The translations under genes were made by a program, and so were the position numbers. A stretch of 64,000 nucleotides of DNA from a virus, in IMG/VR virus record IMGVR_UViG_3300037149_000100, one strand, 5' to 3'. The notes below the pieces were generated by a model that did no database searches, was not told the origin of the DNA, and worked only from the letters and a program-made list of their open reading frames with translations. Positions 1 through 10,359 of the stretch are shown one piece after another. Position 1 is the first letter of the stretch, and each line of letters begins with the position of its first letter.

Positions 1-23
1 ATAGGTAGAAAGAGGGAGCACTG

Positions 24-1037
24 TTGAGTTTCTGGACCCCGGTATCGTTGAACCAAATCGTGGGCAACGCTAGATCATTGGAGTTGCTCAGGGCAATCCT
101 GGAGAACCGAGACCGTGCTCCCTCTTCCTTTGTATTCGATGGAGCGAATGGAGTTGGAAAGAACACCATCGCTAGGTTGTTTTTCCAGGGCATGTTCCCT
201 GGTGAGAAGCCGAGGGTAGTTCAGCCTGAGTTCTTCTCACAAACATTGCAGCAAGACGATCTACAGGAGTGTCCCTGCATCGTTTGGGACCACGCAGAAC
301 GCCTCACCGTTGAGCAAGCGGATCAGCTCTGTGCTTATCTGGACAGGTCTGATGTGAAGTCGGTGTTCATCTTTCTGTGCGTCAACTACAACAAGGTGCA
401 TAAGGGTTTACGAGCCCGAGCCCTGCGGATTCCCTGTTTAAAGCCAAGTCGGGCGGATCTGACAGGTCTGCTGGGCTCCATTTGTGCTAGTCATCATTTG
501 AACTTTGAACTTGAAGCTCTAGATATGATTGCTTCTCGGACTGCTGATATCCCCTCACGGGCTATTCTCGATCTTCAGGCCATTTCTGTGTTGGGAAATA
601 TAGCGGTTGAAACGGTGCTTAAACTTCAAACCAATATTGAAGAACAGGCCATCCAGATTTTAACTCATATCGATGACCCTGACATCATGAAACTAGCTGA
701 TTCGATTAAGGATGCACACCCCATAGAGGAGTTTATTGACACTTTGTTCGAAGTGTACTCTACCGCTTTTTATGATAATACGAAATCTTTTGGGATTATT
801 GCTGAGAAACTGAGTAATTATAAAAGAGTGGGAGACATCTTCATCAAGTGGAAAGCTGCCACCTCCCTCCCCCCGTCTGCTCTTTTTATTCTCATAAAAG
901 AACTCGTGGACTCAAGAAAAATGGTGGAAACCCCTATCATTATTTCTTCCATCAAGAAGGAAATCACACGAACCCCCCCTATTCAGCCAACGGATACCTG
1001 GAAAAAGATAGTTTCTGAAATCGAGAAAAATAAGTGA
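24..1037 (+). CDS. Clamp-loader AAA+ subunit (DnaX/RFC-like)
   Basis: P-x-SL-xx-IVG N-terminus, Walker A GANGVGKN, degenerate Walker B WDHAE, RAR sensor region. Confidence 0.75.
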   Translation: MSFWTPVSLNQIVGNARSLELLRAILENRDRAPSSFVFDGANGVGKNTIARLFFQGMFPGEKPRVVQPEFFSQTLQQDDLQECPCIVWDHAERLTVEQADQLCAYLDRSDVKSVFIFLCVNYNKVHKGLRARALRIPCLKPSRADLTGLLGSICASHHLNFELEALDMIASRTADIPSRAILDLQAISVLGNIAVETVLKLQTNIEEQAIQILTHIDDPDIMKLADSIKDAHPIEEFIDTLFEVYSTAFYDNTKSFGIIAEKLSNYKRVGDIFIKWKAATSLPPSALFILIKELVDSRKMVETPIIISSIKKEITRTPPIQPTDTWKKIVSEIEKNK

Positions 1038-2131
1038 TATTACAATACGGTGATATAAAAAAGCTCAAAGGTCTCAAGTGGTATATCCTTGAGGTCAGAT
1101 CAGAGCGAACAGTGGAAAATGTGATTCGCCGGGTTGGTAAGACCATGCCCACAATTTTCAAAGATGGTGGATCCTGCGAGGTGTTCGTCCCTATTGAGGA
1201 CCGAGATCTCAACTTGTTCAGCCTGTCAACCTCTTCCTACGTATTCTTGCGCTCTGATCGAAAGAAAGAGTTGCAAAAGTTTAAAGGGGTCACGGGTGTG
1301 GTGGGGATCCTTTGTGAAGGAGAGCAGCAACGCATCGACAAGGCTTTGATGGTAGAGGATGACTACGTTCAGGAGCTAATCAAAACGACAGAAGAGAAAT
1401 TCATGAAGAGCCCAGAATCCATTCAGGTAGGCTCTTTCGTTCGTATTCTTGATGGTCTGGATAAGGGGTTCTGCGGACACGTATCTCACATAGATCGGGG
1501 TTATGCCCTGATTAGGGTAGAGCTTAAAACGAGACAGATGTTCATTGATACCCCCCTTCATAATCTCAAGGATCTGAGCTTTGTTCCCTCTCACTCCAGA
1601 GTGTTCTATTACTCTGACCTAGTGGATGAGTATGTGAAGGAGTATAGTGACGAAGCCATCATGACTCTAACCAAGGATTTGAAGTTCGTTATGGAAACGG
1701 TTGAACCTGCCCCAACGGATGAACCGGATGAAAAGAAGGTCAAGTACGGTAGGCAGAAGACTGTAACCGCTATGACAAAGAAACTGATATTCAGTGGAGT
1801 AAAGGACCCAAAAATCATTATTAAAGAGACATTGGCAGCCATTGAGTCCAGTGATATCAAAAAACCAAAGAGTGCGTTTATCTTTTACTCAATCCTTAAG
1901 CAGGCCATCATGGAGACCCTGTTCAAGGATGATACGAGAATCAAAACATACAAAGATGTGGTCAAGTATTACGGGGACTCCTACCGCTTTTCCCCAAAAA
2001 TGATCGCTGAATTGGATGAGCATTCTGTTCTCCCTCCGAAAAGTGAAACTTCAGATAAATCGAATCAACATTCCACAGTAATAAAAATTAGACTGACCAA
2101 GGAGTCAAAATGCCCAACACCACCGGAGTAG
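1034..2131 (+). CDS. NusG-family transcription factor (NGN+KOW) with C-terminal extension
   Basis: KWYILEV..E, SYVFL, VTGVVG, and KOW IQVGSFVRILDGLDKGFCG. Confidence 0.8.
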   Translation: MILQYGDIKKLKGLKWYILEVRSERTVENVIRRVGKTMPTIFKDGGSCEVFVPIEDRDLNLFSLSTSSYVFLRSDRKKELQKFKGVTGVVGILCEGEQQRIDKALMVEDDYVQELIKTTEEKFMKSPESIQVGSFVRILDGLDKGFCGHVSHIDRGYALIRVELKTRQMFIDTPLHNLKDLSFVPSHSRVFYYSDLVDEYVKEYSDEAIMTLTKDLKFVMETVEPAPTDEPDEKKVKYGRQKTVTAMTKKLIFSGVKDPKIIIKETLAAIESSDIKKPKSAFIFYSILKQAIMETLFKDDTRIKTYKDVVKYYGDSYRFSPKMIAELDEHSVLPPKSETSDKSNQHSTVIKIRLTKESKCPTPPE

Positions 2132-3195
2132 GATTAGACATCGGTACCGCTTACATCGTCTCCGCCAAGTCTGACACTGACAATAAAGTCAAAATTAGCT
2201 CCGTGCGAGATTGCTTTCTTGCTCTTCCTCTCGATCAGTCTCCCGCATTGGAGATTGCAGGCGTGGAGTTCATCGAAGGTGCAGAAGAGGTCTACGTGGT
2301 CGGTAACGATGCGATCAACCTGATTGGTGTGCTGGGTGGAGAATTGCGCCGACCCCTCAGCAAGGGCTTCATCAGCCCCAAGGAGGAAGATGGAAAGGAG
2401 ATTCTCCAACTCATTCTCCAGCAGATTCTGGGTAAACCCCAGGTTTCAGGAGAATTGGTGGCCTTCTCTGTCCCCGGTCCAATCTTTGATGTGGAGAGTG
2501 CGGTTGCACCTAAAACCAGTGGGGATACCTCCCTGGCCTTCCATACCAGCTTCTTCAAGAATCTCATCACTGACCTGGGCTACACGGCCCGTCCGGTTAA
2601 CGAAGCGGTGTCGGTGTGTTTCAACGAAACCATTTCCCCAAAGAACAAGGATGAGGTACCCCTCACCGGACTGGCCATCAGTTTTGGAGCCGGAACCACA
2701 AATCTGGCATTAATTTTCAAGTCAATTCCAGTCAAAACCTTCGCCCTGCCGTTTGGCGGAGACTACATTGATCAAATGGCAGCAAAGGCCACGGACTCTA
2801 CCCTCTCTCATATCACTCTGTTGAAGGAGCGTGGTGTGAATTTGATGACAGGAGCGGTTGTGGCCAAGGGTGAGTTTGACGACACTCAGACTGAACGTCA
2901 AGCAGAGGCTATTTCGGTAGCCTATGCGGACCTCATCACCAAGTTGGTCAACGCAACCAATAAATACTTCTCCTTTAATGAGAACAGGGTGGAAATTCCA
3001 GGCATGATTCCAGTTGTTTTGGCGGGTGGAACCACGAAGTCTCCGGAATTCATGAAGCTCTTTAACAAAATCTTCATGGAGAACTTGGATGTGCGGTTCA
3101 AGGTTTCTGAGGCACGGCTATCTGCTACCCCTCTGGATGCGACCGCTTCGGGTTGCTTGAATTACGTGAGGATTTTGAATTCCAAAAAGCAATAG
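2110..3195 (+). CDS. Actin-fold ATPase (MreB/ParM/FtsA-like)
   Basis: Phosphate-1 GLDIGT, connect-1 VNEA, phosphate-2 SFGAGTT, GGDYID, adenosine motif VLAGGTT. Confidence 0.8.
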   Translation: MPNTTGVGLDIGTAYIVSAKSDTDNKVKISSVRDCFLALPLDQSPALEIAGVEFIEGAEEVYVVGNDAINLIGVLGGELRRPLSKGFISPKEEDGKEILQLILQQILGKPQVSGELVAFSVPGPIFDVESAVAPKTSGDTSLAFHTSFFKNLITDLGYTARPVNEAVSVCFNETISPKNKDEVPLTGLAISFGAGTTNLALIFKSIPVKTFALPFGGDYIDQMAAKATDSTLSHITLLKERGVNLMTGAVVAKGEFDDTQTERQAEAISVAYADLITKLVNATNKYFSFNENRVEIPGMIPVVLAGGTTKSPEFMKLFNKIFMENLDVRFKVSEARLSATPLDATASGCLNYVRILNSKKQ

Positions 3196-3236
3196 TTGGA
3201 ATAGGGGTTTCTTAGTTGAGGCTCAAAGGAAACCCT

Positions 3237-4112
3237 ATGTCAGATAACAAACCAACCCCCCCATTGACTCCCATTGCAGCCCCTGCCTATGTTCCAGTGG
3301 CTCAACCACGATTTCAAATGCCTACCATCAATCTGAGTGGTGGGCATATTCTTATGCTTATTCTAGCCGTTGGGCTTACATGGTGGTTGACTAAACGTAA
3401 TCTGCCCACTCAGGCAATCGCACAGACTCAGATGGCAGAGTTCAAGGCTCTTTCAGATAAGGTGGACCAGCTTGCGGGGCATGTGGTTACCCAGTCTGAT
3501 TTAGAAAGTAAGGTCAAGGCTCAAATGGGGCCAGCTTTCGTTGCTGCGGTAAAAAAACAAGATGGAACACTTACAAATCTTGCCACAGCGGTAGGGCTGA
3601 TTCAGGGGCAACTATCCGCCATGGACCACACCACTGTTCAAAAAACTCCAATTGGAGGATTTAGCACAGTTCTAAGTCAGGATAGGGGCAAGGCCCCAGC
3701 GTTGACTAGTCTCTCACTTAGTTATGATCCCGCCTCTTCAGGTTTATCTAGTCAGTGGAACAACCACACCGAAAAATTTACAGCAAATTATGGGGAATGG
3801 AGAACCAGTGCGGACGGGGCCAGATCGGCTATTTCCTTGTCCAGAGACGTTTATGACGGCTCCACAAAAATTGGAACTGAACAAATTCCATTGGTGAACG
3901 GGGACGCTTATTTTAGCCAATCTGATATTGCTAGAACTGTCCCATTACCAAAATATACGTTTATGATTGGGTCTAGTTATGACCTCAGTACTGGGAAACC
4001 CAGGGTGAGTGGGCTGCTGGGACGGCAAATCACAGATGCATCTGGTGTAGCAACTGGTTTTGTTAATAACTCCTGGACCATCCTTTACACATATAGGTTC
4101 GGAGCAAAATAA
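3237..4112 (+). CDS. Membrane-anchored hypothetical protein
   Basis: RBS AAGGA; N-terminal TM segment, coiled coil, beta-rich C-terminus ending YTYRFGAK. Confidence 0.6.
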   Translation: MSDNKPTPPLTPIAAPAYVPVAQPRFQMPTINLSGGHILMLILAVGLTWWLTKRNLPTQAIAQTQMAEFKALSDKVDQLAGHVVTQSDLESKVKAQMGPAFVAAVKKQDGTLTNLATAVGLIQGQLSAMDHTTVQKTPIGGFSTVLSQDRGKAPALTSLSLSYDPASSGLSSQWNNHTEKFTANYGEWRTSADGARSAISLSRDVYDGSTKIGTEQIPLVNGDAYFSQSDIARTVPLPKYTFMIGSSYDLSTGKPRVSGLLGRQITDASGVATGFVNNSWTILYTYRFGAK

Positions 4113-4252
4113 TGCGTTTTTAATAGCAGATGTTACTCACATTTTTGTGCAAATTTGCCAATAGCATAAAAGTAAACCCGCATCTGAATAAACCGAATAT
4201 TCAATACCTTGAATAGGTGAGGAACCCCACTTTTGACATCATAGGAGATAGC

Positions 4253-4756
4253 ATGGCATCACCCATCAATCTAACCGGAGCCACAGGCTCAACTGGAACC
4301 ACCCCCTCCGTTCCACCTATCACTATCTCAATCAACAAAGAGCAGTTTGAAGCAGCGGTTCAGCAGTATCTGAATCTCTCTCCTGCAAAGGCCGAATTAA
4401 CCATCATCAAATCCCTTAACTGGCCTTCCTGCTGTGTTCCCCCAGCCCTTTGGACCACCATGGCAGATGTGGAGACCCTAATCGCCTTGGTAGCCTCAGC
4501 CTGCGAATTAGCTAAGGATGCCATCGTCAAGCAGTATGACCCTGCGGGAACACTGGGAAACAAGATTGACAACGAGATTGTCTTGGCTGTAGCCATTAAT
4601 ATTGTTGGCCAGTCCATCACTTTCGGCGGTATCTTCGGCGTCCTAGCTGAGCATCTGAAAAATGGCCTACTCTCTATGCTGGTCAGTATTTGGGTAGACC
4701 AGCAGCCTTCCAACTGGCTGGCTTTGGCAGAAAAAATTCTCGGTCTAAGTCTTTAA
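4253..4756 (+). CDS. Hypothetical protein
   Basis: RBS GGAG before ATG; open frame. Confidence 0.6.
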   Translation: MASPINLTGATGSTGTTPSVPPITISINKEQFEAAVQQYLNLSPAKAELTIIKSLNWPSCCVPPALWTTMADVETLIALVASACELAKDAIVKQYDPAGTLGNKIDNEIVLAVAINIVGQSITFGGIFGVLAEHLKNGLLSMLVSIWVDQQPSNWLALAEKILGLSL

Positions 4757-4767
4757 TCGGGGTTCAT

Positions 4768-5046
4768 GTGTGCCTTCTCGCTAAAATCGGTGATCATGAG
4801 TACATGGCCTTTTTTAAGCCCGTGTCGCAGGGTGGCACCGAGCACAGTGGGAAGGTGGAACTCAGAGATTCCACTTTCCAAATTGTTCCGCTTGACTCTA
4901 TACTTGGTCCCATCGGGAATATCCTTGTAAAGGATCCGACTGAAGCCAATTGGCATGAAATGCCCATAGAGGAGTTAAAACGATTGACCAAGGATGCAAT
5001 GACCCAATCCCTCGTCGGTCTCCAAACTCTTTCGCAGCAGTCATGA
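4768..5046 (+). CDS. Hypothetical protein (start uncertain)
   Basis: ORF fills the gap in a co-oriented run. Confidence 0.4.
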   Translation: MCLLAKIGDHEYMAFFKPVSQGGTEHSGKVELRDSTFQIVPLDSILGPIGNILVKDPTEANWHEMPIEELKRLTKDAMTQSLVGLQTLSQQS

Positions 5047-5085
5047 CAAAACACAGTATTAGTAGATCAGGTAGAAGGAGTTTGG

Positions 5086-5319
5086 GTGGGTGTCTTGAGC
5101 CTTAGTAAGTTAGACCGTATTGAACCAAAGGGCGGGACACGCTCAACATATGAGAAGAGGGCACCAGCGGGGTCCAAAGCAGCCCCCTGCTGCCTCCAAT
5201 GCAAGGCTCCATTTGATTTGGCCGAGCTGTCCATGGTAGACCAGATGGATGCGCTGGACGGAGTTGGACTTTGTGCGGATTGCCTGGAGGCAAATTTTCT
5301 TAAAGAAAATCACACATAA
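5086..5319 (+). CDS. Small Zn-finger protein
   Basis: RBS AAGGAG; CxxC...CxxC. Confidence 0.55.
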   Translation: MGVLSLSKLDRIEPKGGTRSTYEKRAPAGSKAAPCCLQCKAPFDLAELSMVDQMDALDGVGLCADCLEANFLKENHT

Positions 5320-5380
5320 CCGAGTAATACATAACATACCAGCGGAATCCTCCGCACCCATTCACTCAAAGGAGAGTCTT

Positions 5381-5587
5381 ATGACCACCAAGCCCGATGT
5401 AACCACAATCATCAAAGGAGAGTTCGCCAAGACCGATACGCTCACTGTCAAGCAGATCAGAGCGATCAGTCCCGAACTCGACAACGCCAATCTCGTTCGC
5501 AAGGGGTTCAAGACCCTGATTGCCGAGAACCTCTGCACCCTGGAGGGCAGCAAGCGCGGATCCAAGTACGTCCGTAAGCAGTCCTAA
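5381..5587 (+). CDS. Small basic winged-helix-like protein
   Basis: GAGTAATA motif upstream, RBS AAGGAG, LxxEGxxRGxKY wing-like end, terminator downstream. Confidence 0.55.
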   Translation: MTTKPDVTTIIKGEFAKTDTLTVKQIRAISPELDNANLVRKGFKTLIAENLCTLEGSKRGSKYVRKQS

Positions 5588-5624
5588 CCGGATATCCAAA
5601 GGCGAAGCAATAGTTGGTGAATAG

Positions 5625-5654
5625 ACCAGGGCTTGGAAACGAGCCCTGGTTTTT
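5625..5654 (+). terminator. Rho-independent terminator
   Basis: ACCAGGGCTT-loop-GAGCCCTGGT followed by T run. Confidence 0.7.
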
Positions 5655-5692
5655 GTTGTGCGACTTTTTCTCCCTCCTGTAGAGGGGACTTT

Positions 5693-6541
5693 ATGCGAAT
5701 TATCTATTTTATCCTGGCTGTCATTCTGTTATGTGTGCTTTTTTCTTGTGGGACCAGCAAACTCCCACTCCCGCCTCTCAGCAGCCCCCCTACTGCCGCC
5801 TCAGATACCCTCAAGACAACCTCCGCCGCAGATGCCCAATCCCGTTCCCCCGAAGCGGTAGGGGCATATGCGGGTCAAACAGAAACCACCTCACAGATGG
5901 TTACTCAGGCGGTCAAGAAGTCTCGCCATTTGAAAGTAGCTGCTACTCCTAAACCCCTTCCCCTCCCATCTCCAAAAGAGGCCATGGACACATTGGAGGT
6001 GGAAACGGATACATCCGCTTGGATTGTCGGTCGGACTGGAATCATAACCGTGGTGATTGCCGAGCCTGATATCATCTGATCCGCCCTATAGTCCGGAGAA
6101 ATCGGTATTGGGGCAACTCTCGTCCCCGTCTCCGCATACTACCTCGTAGCCCTCGAAGGAGCCCTTCCAGGGCAGTTTGACATTGCTCCCGCACCAGGAC
6201 AGCAGGAAAAACAACACAGGGCTCCCAAGGGCTATCCAGCCACTTGGCGGTATGAGGTAACTCCCCTTCGAAAGGGTAAGGTAGACCTCCTTTTCACCCT
6301 GAAGGTTTTTGATGAAAATGCCACGGCTGGCACTGATATCGCAACCCGACCTCTCCATCTTGATGCCTCCTCGAAGTTCCCCTCCTCATTTTTCTTCAGT
6401 CTAAACCGCACTATCACCACTGGCCCAGGATGGGGAGCAGTATTAGGAGTTGTGGCCGCTCTAATCACAGCGTTGGCATATTCAACATGGTGGAGGAGTC
6501 AGCGTAAAAGTCGGAAAAAGCATATCGCTTTCAAGGACTAA
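5693..6541 (+). pseudogene. Lipoprotein-like membrane protein interrupted by two in-frame stops (TGA 6077, TAG 6089)
   Basis: Signal peptide with LFSC; the same frame continues about 150 codons past the stops to a TM segment, basic tail and TAA 6539. Confidence 0.65.
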
Positions 6542-6586
6542 AGTAGACTGGTTTAACACTACCGTCTTCTCTAGAAAGGGGAAAGA

Positions 6587-6814
6587 ATGGACACCGTGAA
6601 GCAATCCTGTCAGGTGCTGGATCGTATTCTACGCCAAGGCGGAATGATAGACGAGTCAGCCCTGCCCTATGAGGATGATTTGCTTATGTATAGGCTGACC
6701 CAACGGAAGTTCATCCAGCCTACCGCCACGTATGATAGCGGTGAGCGCATTTTTGCCATAACCGATCAGGGTATGGCAGAACTTAAGCGGCATAATACCC
6801 GCACTGGGAACTGA
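6587..6814 (+). CDS. Small winged-helix-like protein
   Basis: LxxRKFI...FAITDQG pattern. Confidence 0.5.
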   Translation: MDTVKQSCQVLDRILRQGGMIDESALPYEDDLLMYRLTQRKFIQPTATYDSGERIFAITDQGMAELKRHNTRTGN

Positions 6815-6815
6815 C

Positions 6816-7130
6816 ATGTTCACTCCCGTTGATTACCGCATCCGCACTTATCAGTTGGCGTTGCGGGTCAATGGTTGGTTGTTCCCACAGGTATGGCTCG
6901 CCACCTACTCATTCGAGAATGTTTTGGAGCGAGCACCGGGTCTAGACAACATATACTTGGAATATACGCTGATGGTGGAAGATCCCACGTTTGGCAGATT
7001 TGAATTACCCAGTAATATGGTAGTAGAGTGGAAGACTGAAGGACGATGGTACCAGACTAAGCCACAGCTTGTGATAGATAGCCTGCTTAATGGAGGAGCA
7101 TACGATGACCGTAAAGCCCAAGAAGGTTGA
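6816..7130 (+). CDS. Hypothetical protein
   Basis: Starts 1 nt after the previous stop. Confidence 0.55.
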   Translation: MFTPVDYRIRTYQLALRVNGWLFPQVWLATYSFENVLERAPGLDNIYLEYTLMVEDPTFGRFELPSNMVVEWKTEGRWYQTKPQLVIDSLLNGGAYDDRKAQEG

Positions 7131-7284
7131 AGATATCGAAGATCAGATGGACACGGCGATTGGCCAGAAAGACCACAAAGAGGTTAAGAAGCATCGCCAT
7201 GGAATCAGCAAACATGCAGAGTCCAGCGTCAAACTGCGCCTCTCGGATGAAGTGGAGGAACCCCCAACCTGGAAATACGAGTAA
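7105..7284 (+). CDS. Hypothetical protein
   Basis: RBS GGAGGAG. Confidence 0.5.
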   Translation: MTVKPKKVEDIEDQMDTAIGQKDHKEVKKHRHGISKHAESSVKLRLSDEVEEPPTWKYE

Positions 7285-7292
7285 TAAGTAAG

Positions 7293-9248
7293 GTGAGGGT
7301 CGGCGTGGACGAACAGTGTCCCCTAGTTACACCGTATACCGAGAATGAAGGCATCCCTCAGAAGATGCTGGAGTTGCTCTACCGTATTCGAAAGCATGAT
7401 CCGGAAGAGGGGCCGATACCAGTCCCCATTCCGGCTTGTTTTCGTGAAGTCTCACTGACTCAGCATAAGCCAGTTAAACTGAAGAACTTCCAGACCCAGA
7501 TGGTTGCTCATTTGATAAAGATGCACCGATTCATCAATGGCGATGGGGTGGGTCTGGGTAAGTCGATATCCGCAATTGCTGCATCGGCTTATCTGCATGA
7601 GAAGCATGGGTGTAAAATCCTGGTTATGGGCACCAAGTCCACCACTTATCAGTGGAAGACGGAGGGGTTTGACGAATTCACTACCCTACGGACTCATGTG
7701 GTTACTGACACATACAACAAGCTGAAAGGCAGCCCAGCAAGACTTGCCCAAATTCGAGATTTCTTGGAAAATGACTTGTGCGATGTCCTGATTTGTAAAT
7801 ACACCTCCCTGGTGGGCAGGACTAAACCCCTAGAAGGTGAGTTTGATGAGAATGGCTACCCCATAGAGAAGGGACAACGCGAGGAAATAAGCCCAGAGGT
7901 GCAGGAGCTTTTAAACATCGTTCAGCCCCATGGGGAAAATTTGATACTGATTTGTGATGAGGCTCAGAAATTCAAGGCCACTACGACCCAGATTCGCAGA
8001 ATGATTCTTCAGTTACAAACCAGGGTGGGTAGGGTTTGGGCAATGACTGCTACGGTCATTCAGAATAGCTTGGATGAATTTTACAGTATTGCCAGTGCGA
8101 TTGGGATCCGACCTTTTGGGGGAATGTCCAAATTCAGAGATCATTTCTGCAAATATCAAATGACTTACATTGGTAATGGGAGGCAGAAGCCCTCTCTGGT
8201 GGGTTACCGCAATCTCAAAGAGTTCAAGATAGGGATGAGACCGTTCTATTTGGGGCGGTCTCAGGCTCAGGTAAAGGAACCACTCCCTAAGTTGACCACC
8301 CTTTACCACCCCATTGACCTGGATGCAAGACAGATTAAGATGTTTGAAGATATTAAAAGCGGGAAGCTAATACTCCCTCCCTCTGTTCATAAGGTAGCTG
8401 GGGAAATGGTTGAAAAGGACCGGGACCCCAGTAGCATGATGACTCAACTCTCTGTTCTCCAATTGATATCAAACCATCCTTGCCTGATTGATCCCTCTGA
8501 TAAAAAGGCGTTTTTCACTAAATCCCTCAGTCCAAAAGAAGATGCGTTGCTGGAACTCTTGGATGGAGAGCTAGCTGGAGAGAAGGTCTTAATCTTCACT
8601 AAATCGCGTAAATGGATTGACCGATTTGAGTATCTCTGTAAGAACGGCCACTTCACTGATCGTAAATTCTTACGAATCACTGGGGCCGAAGATGAGAAAC
8701 AACGAGACATTAATAAACGACTCTTTCAAACCAACCCCGATTATGACATGATGTTCATCAATACTGCTATCATGGAGGGGGCAAATCTTCAACAAGCCGC
8801 GCACATGATACTCTTGGATGTTCCATTCGGGTTTGGTGCGTTAATTCAACTAGTGGGGCGAATGCTCAGAATGTCCAGCCCTCACTCGGCTTGCACCCTC
8901 CACATTACCCTCGCAAAGGGCACGATTGATGAGTATACGATTGATGTGCTACGGGGTAAAAAAGGTGTATTTGAAGTCATTCTTGGAGAGTCCCATTCGG
9001 CGGGACTTCTGGACTCGGGGAACGATTTGGACCTATCGAGTGGGATGGAGACGTTGAACGACGATAAGGAGTTCAGAGAGCTTCTGACCGCTCATGTGAG
9101 AAAGTCGAAAATGGGGGATTTCCTAAACGGGAAGCTGATTGCCGCTGCCGCCAGTGAGGGCGAAGATTATGTGATGAGCTTCGAAAAAGATCCCAAAGAG
9201 AGTATTAAGAACAAGAAGAAATCATTCGAGTTTTCTGAGAAATGGTGA
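7293..9248 (+). CDS. SNF2-family (SF2) helicase
   Basis: GDGVGLGKS, DEAQ, MTAT, EGANLQ, QLVGRMLR motifs. Confidence 0.9.
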   Translation: MRVGVDEQCPLVTPYTENEGIPQKMLELLYRIRKHDPEEGPIPVPIPACFREVSLTQHKPVKLKNFQTQMVAHLIKMHRFINGDGVGLGKSISAIAASAYLHEKHGCKILVMGTKSTTYQWKTEGFDEFTTLRTHVVTDTYNKLKGSPARLAQIRDFLENDLCDVLICKYTSLVGRTKPLEGEFDENGYPIEKGQREEISPEVQELLNIVQPHGENLILICDEAQKFKATTTQIRRMILQLQTRVGRVWAMTATVIQNSLDEFYSIASAIGIRPFGGMSKFRDHFCKYQMTYIGNGRQKPSLVGYRNLKEFKIGMRPFYLGRSQAQVKEPLPKLTTLYHPIDLDARQIKMFEDIKSGKLILPPSVHKVAGEMVEKDRDPSSMMTQLSVLQLISNHPCLIDPSDKKAFFTKSLSPKEDALLELLDGELAGEKVLIFTKSRKWIDRFEYLCKNGHFTDRKFLRITGAEDEKQRDINKRLFQTNPDYDMMFINTAIMEGANLQQAAHMILLDVPFGFGALIQLVGRMLRMSSPHSACTLHITLAKGTIDEYTIDVLRGKKGVFEVILGESHSAGLLDSGNDLDLSSGMETLNDDKEFRELLTAHVRKSKMGDFLNGKLIAAAASEGEDYVMSFEKDPKESIKNKKKSFEFSEKW

Positions 9249-9251
9249 TAA

Positions 9252-10058
9252 ATGGAACCAAATAACGCTCCTAAATGCCCTCGCTGTGAGGGCGGGGGGC
9301 TCTTAAGGCGAGCCAATGGGATGTATGGGAAGTGTAGCTGTTTCTATACAAGGCAATTGGCAGCCCACCTAGGCCCCCTGACTTCTTTTCCTGAGATAAG
9401 CGGCCCATCTAAGCTCTCCCCATTTTTACTCAAGCGAAGAGGTAACGGCCTCATAGAGGTGGACTCCTTGGATGGAAGTATGCAGGCGTTCTCGGCTCAT
9501 TTGCGAAAGTCCCTCACAGAGGAGTTCTACGATGCGGTAGACAAGGGTCGCCTACCTATTACGTGGAGAGAAACCACGATGGTGGAAGTGACCGATATCC
9601 GATTTGGTAAGGCCACCTATGCGGAGAAACATGCACTCCTAACAGCCCCCCAGCTTCTCATTATTCGTGCCGCTTTCTGGCCCCCCTACCCTCAGCATTA
9701 TGACAATGTGCGAATGCTGATTGGGGATCGAATGAGTAAGACAAACCTTACGTGGCTGATAAACCCCAATTTTGCTAAGATGAAAGATGACAAAGCCATC
9801 CCCGCATCATTCAAAGAGCTTATCAAGGACATCATGAACTTGGATCGATACGTTCACATAACCAGGGAAGAGTCAAAGGGGGAGAGTGCGGCAAAAGTGA
9901 AGAAAACATCTGAAATGAATATTCACCAGGGATTCGGTGTAGCGGGTATTAATCAAAAGATGCTGACCGATGCAAATGATTCGGTTCAGGTTCGAATCGC
10001 AGGAATGGAGAAAACCGTTGAGCAGTATGACCGTAACCGCAGTGATGGTCAGTCTTAA
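9252..10058 (+). CDS. Zn-finger protein, possibly a degenerate DnaC/IstB-like helicase loader
   Basis: N-terminal CPRCxG...CSC; LLII and R-x-x-T-W pattern, but no intact Walker A. Confidence 0.4.
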   Translation: MEPNNAPKCPRCEGGGLLRRANGMYGKCSCFYTRQLAAHLGPLTSFPEISGPSKLSPFLLKRRGNGLIEVDSLDGSMQAFSAHLRKSLTEEFYDAVDKGRLPITWRETTMVEVTDIRFGKATYAEKHALLTAPQLLIIRAAFWPPYPQHYDNVRMLIGDRMSKTNLTWLINPNFAKMKDDKAIPASFKELIKDIMNLDRYVHITREESKGESAAKVKKTSEMNIHQGFGVAGINQKMLTDANDSVQVRIAGMEKTVEQYDRNRSDGQS

Positions 10059-10359
10059 GGTCGGAGATATGGACTATGGACGAGGGTCTGAACGTTTTGT
10101 TTCGCTACGTGGAGAGGTCCCTGAAGGTGAAGAGGGCATCCCAATCGACAACTACGATGATATCCTAACCAAAGTCCTGGATCTCCAATTAGAGGCTTGG
10201 GAAGCGGTGCAGGGCAGTAGGTATGTGGGAGGAGTCGTGAAGGCCCCACTGTTCAAAGAACTGATCGCCACGGCCCGAAAACGCACAAAACAAATGAAGC
10301 AATTTTTGATCGAGAGAGGCGAAGTAGATGCTACCGATATTGAATCAACTGAAAGCTGA
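10027..10359 (+). CDS. Hypothetical protein (start uncertain)
   Basis: ORF overlaps both neighbours in the operon. Confidence 0.55.
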   Translation: MTVTAVMVSLKVGDMDYGRGSERFVSLRGEVPEGEEGIPIDNYDDILTKVLDLQLEAWEAVQGSRYVGGVVKAPLFKELIATARKRTKQMKQFLIERGEVDATDIESTES

